24,331 nt of DNA from Candidatus Eiseniibacteriota bacterium (GTDB lineage Bacteria > Eisenbacteria > RBG-16-71-46), in the NCBI GenBank assembly GCA_031366795.1, contig JANLOX010000323.1, forward strand, positions 1 to 24,331. The letters run 5' to 3'. Below are positions 10,116-16,961 of this stretch, piece by piece. Each line of letters opens with the position of its first letter. Position 1 is the first letter of the stretch. The notes beneath the pieces were generated by a model. That model was not told where the DNA came from and ran no database searches. It saw only the letters and a list, made by a program, of their open reading frames with translations. Made by a program: the position numbers and the translations under genes.

Positions 10116-10919
10116 TCAGTGTCGATTCGCAAGGATATTGAGCCAGTACGCCAGACCCATCAGCGTCAGCGCGGGGCCAGCCAGCATTCCCGCCCATGCC
10201 TTCATCCCCAGCAGCGACGTCATCTGCCGCTCCGACTCCTGGCTGATGATGAATACATCGTGGTGGTCATCGCGCCGCACGATCGCGGCGACTTCGCTCT
10301 GCAAGGAGTGAATGCGCCGCTCGTGCGGGCCATCGGTGCCGGTCGCCTGAATCTCGTCGTCCATCGACACGGACATCGCATTGGGCCGTGGCACGGCGGT
10401 GCCAAGCATGAACACCGCCTGGCCCTCTTCAAGAATGCGTTCGCGAAAGCGCAGGGTCGACAGCCGCCACACGTGGCGAAACGCCAGGCGCTCGGCGTCC
10501 ATGTACTCGAGGTAGCACGCGGGCACGTTGATGCCCAAACAGGTTTCTTCGACCTGCGACTGCACGCGGCAATCGGAGCCCTTCGGGTAGACCAGCGCGA
10601 TCCCCGTCTCATCGCGAATGAAGAACGGGCTGCCCGAACTGCTCCGGTGCACGACATTCCAGCCGTTGTTGCGTGTGCGGGTCGAGATGTCGATTTCCCA
10701 GTAGGCGCATGGCCGCGCCGAGAACGGGGCCTGGTGCTCGCTGCGCGGAATCACCTCGCCATTGATCTCGACCAGGCCCATCGCCATCGAACGGATGTGC
10801 GCGGTGGGCGTGTTCTCGATCAGGCGACGCACGCGCAGGTCGCGGAAGGCGCGCAAGAACAGCCAGGGGCCCATGAGCAGGGCAAACATCGAAAATGCGC
10901 CGAATTGGAGGTTGTGCAT
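10116..10919 (-). CDS. GIDE-domain membrane protein (LemA-associated)
   Basis: N-terminal TM, RRLIENTPTAHIRSMAMGLVEING, APFSARPCAYW, PFFIRDETG, RFRERIL, VFMLG, FIIS-x-x-SE, C-terminal TM. Start placed at ATG 10919 (GGGGG upstream). Confidence 0.8.
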   Translation of the reverse strand: MHNLQFGAFSMFALLMGPWLFLRAFRDLRVRRLIENTPTAHIRSMAMGLVEINGEVIPRSEHQAPFSARPCAYWEIDISTRTRNNGWNVVHRSSSGSPFFIRDETGIALVYPKGSDCRVQSQVEETCLGINVPACYLEYMDAERLAFRHVWRLSTLRFRERILEEGQAVFMLGTAVPRPNAMSVSMDDEIQATGTDGPHERRIHSLQSEVAAIVRRDDHHDVFIISQESERQMTSLLGMKAWAGMLAGPALTLMGLAYWLNILANRH

Positions 10920-10929
10920 GGCCCCCGAG

Positions 10930-10957
10930 TTATCGGCGCGGCGCGCTGCAAACAATA
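10930..10957 (-). promoter_or_regulatory. Candidate sigma28/FliA-WhiG-type promoter for GIDE-lemA
   Basis: Exact GCCGATAA (10937-10930) with TATTGTTT 12 nt upstream; the consensus is TAAAGTTT-N11-GCCGATAA. Confidence 0.35.
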
Positions 10958-11000
10958 GCGCTACATTGGTGCGATAACCCTAAGGGAGGAGCCAAGTACC

Positions 11001-11231
11001 ATGCCGAACCGGCAACCCAACAACCCGCTGCACGGGGTGACGCTGGAGATGATGTTGCGCGAAATGGTCGAGCAGTTCGGCTGGGAAGGCCTGGCGCGGG
11101 ACGTGCCGATCAGCTGCTTCCTCGTGAAGCCCAGCATCACCTCGGCGCTCAAGTACCTGCGCAAAGCGCCGCGCGCGCGCAAGAAGGTCGAGTTGCTCTA
11201 CGAGCGCTTCGTGGCGGAACGCGGGGAGTGA
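11001..11231 (+). CDS. VF530 (DUF2132) family putative nucleic-acid-binding protein
   Basis: NNPLHGVTLE...GWEGL...ISCF...PSITSALKYLRKAPRARKKVELLY. Strong GGAGGAG SD. Confidence 0.9.
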   Translation: MPNRQPNNPLHGVTLEMMLREMVEQFGWEGLARDVPISCFLVKPSITSALKYLRKAPRARKKVELLYERFVAERGE

Positions 11232-11280
11232 GCGGCTCGGCCGTGTCGAGCGGTGTAACGACGCGCCACCGCGCGAAGCC

Positions 11281-12441
11281 TCAATCGCCCAGCGCGTGCC
11301 CGTCGGTGGCGAGTACCCGGCCCTCGCGCAAGCGCACGCGGCGTATGCTGATGCCCAGCTCGGTCTCGTAGCGGTTCACCAGCCGCACTTCATCCTCGGT
11401 CATCAACGAGACCGCCACGCCCTTGGCGCCCGCGCGCGCGGTGCGACCCACGCGGTGCAGGTAGGCCTTGCTCTCGGTCGGCGGGTCGATGTTGATGATG
11501 TGCGTGACTCCGGCGATGTCGAGCCCGCGCGCGGCCACATCCGATGCAATCATCACGCGCGCCGCACCTGAGCGGAACGAGTCCATCGCTTCCTTGCGGT
11601 CGAGCTTGTCGAACGAGGCGTGCAGGTCGGCGACGGCGACCTTGTGGTGCTCAAGGTAGTCGGCCAGCCGCTGCGCGGTTTCGTTACGGTGCACGAACAC
11701 CATCGCGCGCTCAGGCGTCAGCGCATTCAACAGCTTGCGCAGCATCTCGGGCTTGTCGCGCGCTTCGCACACGATGTAGAGGTGCTCGATGCGCTCGTTC
11801 ACGGGCGACGCCGCGACGCGCAACATCAGCAGCCCCGGCGCCAACTTCTCTAGGACCGAGGCGCTCTCGGGCTGTTCCGTGGCGGATGCGAAGATCAACT
11901 GGCGCTCGCGCGGCAACGCCTGGACGATGGCGCGCACGGCGGGCAGGCTGTCCTTGATCAACAGCTTGTCGGCCTCGTCGATCACAATCGCCTTGATGCC
12001 GCGCGTCTTGAGCTTGCCCACATCGATCAACTCGCGGATGCGTCCGGGCGACCCAATGACAAGCTGCGGCTTCTTCTTGAGCTTCTCGATCTGGCGGTCC
12101 ACGGCAGTGCCGCCGATCAGCAGCACCGAGCGCACCGGCCAGGTGGAATTCACCGCCAGCTCGCTGCACTGGCGCTGGATCTGGATCGCCAGCTCGTGCG
12201 TGGGTGCCAGGATGACGACTTGCGGCGTGCCGGGATTGATGTCGAGCCGTGTGAACAGCGGCAGCAGGTAGGCGAGCGTCTTGCCCGTGCCCGTCTCGGC
12301 GTTCAAGTAGGCGTCCCTCCCCGCCAGCAGCACGGGGATGGCGGCGACCTGGACCGGCGTGGGCTCGGAGATCTTCTGCTTCGCCAGGCCCTCGGTCAGC
12401 GGCGCTGGGATGCCCAGTTCGGCGAAGGTCATCGAGTCCAT
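11281..12441 (-). CDS. DEAD-box RNA helicase (minimal two-RecA core)
   Basis: Q motif F...PTPVQ, motif I AETGTGKT, Ia PTHELA, GG, Ib SPGRI, II DEAD, III SAT, V SDVAARGLD, VI HRVGRTARAG. No long C-terminal extension. Confidence 0.95.
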   Translation of the reverse strand: MDSMTFAELGIPAPLTEGLAKQKISEPTPVQVAAIPVLLAGRDAYLNAETGTGKTLAYLLPLFTRLDINPGTPQVVILAPTHELAIQIQRQCSELAVNSTWPVRSVLLIGGTAVDRQIEKLKKKPQLVIGSPGRIRELIDVGKLKTRGIKAIVIDEADKLLIKDSLPAVRAIVQALPRERQLIFASATEQPESASVLEKLAPGLLMLRVAASPVNERIEHLYIVCEARDKPEMLRKLLNALTPERAMVFVHRNETAQRLADYLEHHKVAVADLHASFDKLDRKEAMDSFRSGAARVMIASDVAARGLDIAGVTHIINIDPPTESKAYLHRVGRTARAGAKGVAVSLMTEDEVRLVNRYETELGISIRRVRLREGRVLATDGHALGD

Positions 12442-12461
12442 CCCGCGGTGAGGGAAGGCAT

Positions 12462-14297
12462 CTATCCGCGCTTCGCTTCGAGCTCGGCCCAGCGCTCGTA
12501 GAATGCCGCGACCTTGGCCTGCAACTCGCCGTGTTCCTGGCTCAGCTCCTGGAGCTTCTTGTAGTCGGCCAGCAACTCAGGGCTCGTCATGCGCGCCTCG
12601 AGTTCCTTTACGCGCGCTTCGGCCGAGTGGATCTTCGCTTCCATCTGGCCCCACTCGCGCTGCTCGTTGTAGCTGAGCTTGCCGCGCTTGGGCTCGGTAG
12701 CACTCGCGCCGCCCGCTGCCGCCTTCTTGGCGGCGGCGCCCCGCGCGGTCTCGGCGACGGCCGCGGCCTCCTGCGACTCCAGCCACTGCGAGACACTCGC
12801 GAGCATCTTCGCGCCACCTTCGCCATCGAGCCCGAGCACATGCGTCGACAACCGGTCGAGCATGAAGCGATCGTGCGTGACGAGCAGGACAGCGCCGGGG
12901 AATTCTTTCAAGCTCTCCTCGAGCACTTCGAGCGAGGGAATGTCGAGATCGTTCGTGGGCTCATCGAGAATCAGAAGATCGGCGGGCTGGCGCATCAGCT
13001 CCGCGATCAGGATACGTGCCTGCTCGCCGCCCGACAGCTCGCCCACGGGTACATCGAGCTGGTCTGAGCGAAACAGGAACTTGCGCGCCCACGACGACAC
13101 ATGAATGCCGTCACCGTTGTAGATCACCGTGTCGCCATCGGGGCACAGCGCTTTGCGCAGCAGTTGGCTGCGATCGAGTTCGGAACGGTTCTGGCTCAAG
13201 GTCGCCACGCGCAACGCGTGCGCACCCACCACCGTGCCGGCGTCCGGTTCGATCTCGCCCGTCAGCACCTTGATGAGCGTGGTCTTGCCGCTCCCGTTGG
13301 GGCCGAGCAATCCGAGACACATGCCGGGCACCAGCGTGAGGTCGAGCCTTGAGAACAACGAGCGCCCGCCCAATGACTTCGCGAGACCCTTGGCGACCAG
13401 CAGGTTCTTCGTCTTGCGGCCCGTCGCGGTGAAGTCGATACCCGCAGCGCGCCCCGAAGTGTTGCGGCGCTTGAGCTCGGCGAGCTCACCGATGCGCTGG
13501 TGCGACTCGTCGATGCGGCCCTTCGCCTTGGTACGCCGCGCGCGCGCGCCGCGCAGCAGCCACGCGATGTCCTGTCGCACGCGTGCCGCGAGATTCGCTT
13601 CCTGGCTCGCCTGCGCGGCCATGAACTCCTCGCGCTTCACGAGGAACTCGCTGTAGGGGCCATCGACACTGAAGGTGCCGTCGGGATACACCTTGTTGAG
13701 CTCGACGACCCGGTCTGTGACTTCCTCGAGGAAGTAACGATCGTGCGTAACCACCACGACACCGCAGCGCGCGGAGTCGATCAGGTCCTCGAGCCACAGG
13801 ATGCCTTCGAGGTCCAGGTGGTTGGTGGGCTCATCGAGCATCAACAGTTCCGGCTCGCGCACCAACTCACGCGCGATCGCCAGCCGCTTGCGCCACCCGC
13901 CCGACAGTTCCGCCACGGGCTGGTCGAAGCGCGTGAAGCCCACGCGCGTCAGCATGCGTTCCGCGCGATGTTCGCGCTCGTGCGCGTCGTGATCGTGGTG
14001 ATGCGGCGAAGGCGCGTCGCGCAGCCCATCCGCGACGAAGCTCAAGGGCATCGCACCCGCCGGGAAGGCGTCGTTCTGCGGTACATAGCCGACGCGCACG
14101 CCCTTGCGGCGCGTGACCTCTCCCTCGTCGGGAGTCTCTTCACCGGCGAGGATCTTGACGAGCGTCGACTTGCCCGAGCCGTTGGGCCCGATCAGGCCGA
14201 GCCGCTCGCCCTTGGACAGGCCCATGGAGATGCCATGGAACAGCGGCCGGGGGCCATAGGTCTTGGAGATCTCTTTGCAGCTCAGGAGTAAGGACAT
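12462..14297 (-). CDS. uup: ABC-F family ATPase, Uup-like
   Basis: Two ABC domains (GPNGSGKS/LSGG/LDEPTNHLD and GPNGSGKT/LSGGE/LDEPTNDLD), linker WL-x-RG-x-x-AR-x-TK-x-K-x-RI, and Uup-type tail KLSYNEQRE...YERWAELE. No TM segments. Confidence 0.9.
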   Translation of the reverse strand: MSLLLSCKEISKTYGPRPLFHGISMGLSKGERLGLIGPNGSGKSTLVKILAGEETPDEGEVTRRKGVRVGYVPQNDAFPAGAMPLSFVADGLRDAPSPHHHDHDAHEREHRAERMLTRVGFTRFDQPVAELSGGWRKRLAIARELVREPELLMLDEPTNHLDLEGILWLEDLIDSARCGVVVVTHDRYFLEEVTDRVVELNKVYPDGTFSVDGPYSEFLVKREEFMAAQASQEANLAARVRQDIAWLLRGARARRTKAKGRIDESHQRIGELAELKRRNTSGRAAGIDFTATGRKTKNLLVAKGLAKSLGGRSLFSRLDLTLVPGMCLGLLGPNGSGKTTLIKVLTGEIEPDAGTVVGAHALRVATLSQNRSELDRSQLLRKALCPDGDTVIYNGDGIHVSSWARKFLFRSDQLDVPVGELSGGEQARILIAELMRQPADLLILDEPTNDLDIPSLEVLEESLKEFPGAVLLVTHDRFMLDRLSTHVLGLDGEGGAKMLASVSQWLESQEAAAVAETARGAAAKKAAAGGASATEPKRGKLSYNEQREWGQMEAKIHSAEARVKELEARMTSPELLADYKKLQELSQEHGELQAKVAAFYERWAELEAKRG

Positions 14298-14346
14298 TGA
14301 CCCACTACCCTAACAGGCCGCGGCAGGATCCTTGGCAGGGTCCGCG

Positions 14347-14508
14347 TCAGGACTTGGGGTTTTCGTTCGAGTCGTGCAGCCGCGCGGTCTTTTCATCGCG
14401 CCGGCCCTTGCGGTAAGCCCAGCCATAGATGAGCCAGATCAACAGCGCGTGCGACACCCACCAGCCGAGCTGGAGGAACTTGAGACCCTGGGGCAGCAGA
14501 TCGGTCAT
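14347..14508 (-). CDS. 53-aa single-pass membrane microprotein (too short for the ORF track)
   Basis: AGGAG 5 nt before ATG 14508. MTDLLPQGLKFLQLGWWVSHALLIWLIYGWAYRKGRRDEKTARLHDSNENPKS, then TGA at 14349-14347. Mostly G/C third positions; fills an otherwise empty gap on the neighbours' strand. Confidence 0.75.
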   Translation of the reverse strand: MTDLLPQGLKFLQLGWWVSHALLIWLIYGWAYRKGRRDEKTARLHDSNENPKS

Positions 14509-14559
14509 CGGGGCTCCTGTGGCGAATGGGCCAGTCTTGGGTGTGCGGTCAGCACAATT

Positions 14560-15030
14560 CTAGCGGGAATCTGCCCCCGGGCGGAACTCCCCCGCCGCGA
14601 GCCTAGCCAGGAACGGGCGGTCCGCCTCGAGCACATCCTTAGGCCGGATCGCTTCCGGCAACACCCAGCGCGAGGCATGCACCGCGTGGCTCGCCGTGAA
14701 TTCTTGCGAAGTGAGCGTGCACTCGACGAAGGTGATCTCGACGTCGAGACCGTGCGGGTAGACGAAGTGCTCAATCGCCAATACGCGCACCGCAGTCGCC
14801 GCGACGCCCAGCTCTTCGTGCAGCTCGCGCACCAGCGCCTGCTCGGGCGACTCGCCGGGCTCGAGCTTGCCGCCCGGGAATTCCCACATGAGCCCGAGCG
14901 GGCCGCCGGGGGGACGCTGCGTGATGAGGAGCTCGGCGGCGCCCGTGGGGCTACCGGCGCCGGCGCGCCACGTAACGCCGGCGGCGACGCGCACCTGGCG
15001 TTTGGCCGCGGGGACATCCGCGGGGCTCAC
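14560..15030 (-). CDS. Nudix hydrolase, MutT/NudG-like (d)NTP pyrophosphohydrolase
   Basis: Complete Nudix box WEFPGGKLEPGESPEQALVRELHEELGV, plus LLITQR and C-terminal ADRPF. GTG 15030 overlaps the upstream stop (GTGA) with GGAG upstream. Confidence 0.9.
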   Translation of the reverse strand: MSPADVPAAKRQVRVAAGVTWRAGAGSPTGAAELLITQRPPGGPLGLMWEFPGGKLEPGESPEQALVRELHEELGVAATAVRVLAIEHFVYPHGLDVEITFVECTLTSQEFTASHAVHASRWVLPEAIRPKDVLEADRPFLARLAAGEFRPGADSR

Positions 15031-15701
15031 AGGTCCAACTCCAAGTGCAGGCTTGCCACCGCGCCCGCGAAGGCGCGCTGCACGCGACGATGCCACGGCG
15101 GCACTTCGTAGGCCTTCGCGAGATCCCGCTCGAAGCCCGAGAGATAGCGGCGATCGCCCGCGGCGCGGCGCGCCACGGCCTCGCACGCGAGCCGGTGCAA
15201 TGTGGAAGCGAGCGCCGGCTCGACGCTGCGGCGTCCGCGCAATCCTCGCGGTACCTTGAGATAACCGGGCAGCGAATCGATCACCATCGGCGAGCGCGCC
15301 AGCGCATGGAGGTCGCACGCGCGTTCCCCCGTGGGCACGAAACCGCGCGCCTGCAGCAGGTGCGTGAGCTCATGCGCGATGGTGAAGTAGGCGAGCTTCA
15401 AGGGCCGCACCCAGATGCCGGGACGCGCCGGGTCCATCGAGCCCCAACCGAGCACGTCGCGCCGAATCGCCTGGCCCACGTATACCGTCACGCCATCGAG
15501 TTCCGGGAAGAAGCGGCGCACGAAATCGAGCTTCTCGAGAATGCGCGGCTGGTGGCGCGAGTTGCGAATCAGCCGCGAGTAAGTCCACGGCGGCGCATCC
15601 TTGCCGAGTTCGAGCGCCAACTGTTCGAGCGCAACGGTGACCCTCCGCCGGCGGCGGGGCCGCGCGGCGGCTCGCGGTCCCTGCGAGCGCGTGACATGCA
15701 T
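15027..15701 (-). CDS. Hypothetical zincin-like protein with HEXXH motif
   Basis: FTIAHELTHLLQ followed by GERACD (candidate third-ligand Glu). No signal peptide. Start uncertain because no SD was seen. Confidence 0.7.
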   Translation of the reverse strand: MHVTRSQGPRAAARPRRRRRVTVALEQLALELGKDAPPWTYSRLIRNSRHQPRILEKLDFVRRFFPELDGVTVYVGQAIRRDVLGWGSMDPARPGIWVRPLKLAYFTIAHELTHLLQARGFVPTGERACDLHALARSPMVIDSLPGYLKVPRGLRGRRSVEPALASTLHRLACEAVARRAAGDRRYLSGFERDLAKAYEVPPWHRRVQRAFAGAVASLHLELDL

Positions 15702-15869
15702 AGCATGCGTGTAACACGCCGGCGGGCGCGGCTCAACTTGGGGCTGGGCCGCGGCGGGCGCGGGTCATGACTCGCGGCTCACCGGGCGCGGGCGTGGGAC
15801 GCCGCACACGGGGCACGGCGCGGCATGGCTGGCCCTTTCGCCGCCCGTCTGCAATCCTGCGCGCCACGC

Positions 15870-16613
15870 ATGATCTCCCCTGAACCGGGCACCCTCGACC
15901 TCTCGGTCGTCATCCCCCTGCACAACGAGCTCGACAACCTCGAGCCGCTGGTGGCCGAGCTGCGGACAGCGCTCGACGCCACCGGCCGCAGCTGGGAGAT
16001 CGTGCTGGCGGACGATGCGAGCGACGACGGCAGCAGGCAACGTGTGTGCGCGATGGCCGCGGCTGATCCGCGCATTCGCGCCGTGCGGCTGGCGCGGCGG
16101 GGCGGCCAGAGCGCTGCCCTCATTGCGGGCATTGCGCGCGCGAAAGGAGGCGTGATCGTGACGCTCGATGCGGATCTGCAGAACGATCCGGCGGACCTGC
16201 CGAAGTTGCTTGAGGCGCTCGAGACGGCCGACGTGGTCTCGGGCGTGCGCGCGGGCCGCCGGGACGCCTGGAATCGTCGCGCAACATCGGCCATCGCCAA
16301 CGCGATTCGCCGCGCCGTGATCGGTGATTCGATCACCGACATCGGCTGCTCGCTCAAGGCCTACCGGCGCGAATCGCTCGAAGCACTGCCCGTGTTCGTC
16401 GGCGTGCACCGCTACCTGCCGGCACTGTGCCAGTTCCGCGGGGCGCGGCTGGCCGAGTTGCCGGTGTCGCATCGCGCGCGCCGGCATGGGCGCTCGAAGT
16501 ATGGCGTCACGGACCGCATGTGGCGCGGCATCCGCGACCTGATGGGTGTGCGCTGGCTCAAGACGCGGCTGGTAATGCCGGCGGTGCATAAGGCGAGCGA
16601 GGCGAACGAATGA
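15870..16613 (+). CDS. GT2 polyprenyl-phosphate glycosyltransferase (ArnC/DPM1/RgtE-like)
   Basis: LSVVIPLHNE, DDASDDGS, GQSAAL, TLDADLQNDP, DIGCSLKAYRR, HRYLP, HRARRHGRSKYG. Start is ATG 15870 or 15825. Confidence 0.92.
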   Translation: MISPEPGTLDLSVVIPLHNELDNLEPLVAELRTALDATGRSWEIVLADDASDDGSRQRVCAMAAADPRIRAVRLARRGGQSAALIAGIARAKGGVIVTLDADLQNDPADLPKLLEALETADVVSGVRAGRRDAWNRRATSAIANAIRRAVIGDSITDIGCSLKAYRRESLEALPVFVGVHRYLPALCQFRGARLAELPVSHRARRHGRSKYGVTDRMWRGIRDLMGVRWLKTRLVMPAVHKASEANE

Positions 16614-16891
16614 CGAACTGGTTCGACTCCCCCGTCTACTGGTACATCATCGGTTTTGGTGGCCAACTCGCGTACGGCGCGCGCTTCGTCGTTCAGTGGT
16701 TGGCGTCCGAGCGGAAGAAGCAGGTGGTCATCCCCGGGGTGTTCTGGGTGCTGAGCCTCGCGGGAGGCGTGGCACTGCTCATCTACGCGGTGCACAAGCG
16801 CGATCCGGTGTTCGCGATCGGCCAGGGGCTCGGGCTTCTCGTCTACGCGCGCAATCTAGTGCTGCACCGCCGCACGCCGCCACGCGACTGA
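16610..16891 (+). CDS. Lipid-A-disaccharide synthase N-terminal domain (LAB_N) small membrane protein
   Basis: IGFGGQ...RFVVQWLASERKKQVVIPGVFW-x-LSL-x-GG-x-x-LL-x-YA...DPVF-x-x-GQ...VY-x-RNL. ATGA overlap with the GT2 gene. Confidence 0.93.
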   Translation: MTNWFDSPVYWYIIGFGGQLAYGARFVVQWLASERKKQVVIPGVFWVLSLAGGVALLIYAVHKRDPVFAIGQGLGLLVYARNLVLHRRTPPRD

Positions 16892-16961
16892 GGCGCGGCG
16901 CTCGCTGAAGCTGCCGCGCGCGCGTCACGCCGCGGGCGTTCCCGTTCGCCTTCGCGCCCGC

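Noticed and set aside
11161..11190. VF530 motif reads KAPRAR where KTPWAR is recalled
   Set aside because: A single substitution judged from memory; it cannot be weighed without an alignment.
14332..15318. Track ORF 14332-15111 (+) and the N-terminal extension of the Nudix ORF to 15318
   Set aside because: The plus-strand ORF is antisense to the Nudix and microprotein genes. The extension overlaps the HEXXH gene, and GTG 15030 with stop overlap and SD is a better start.
16892..16961. Terminator or insertion scar at the LAB_N/DMFase-like junction
   Set aside because: Two GC hairpins (16893-16919, 16932-16961) lack U-tracts, and I found no direct repeat shared with the other junction (18762-18873).
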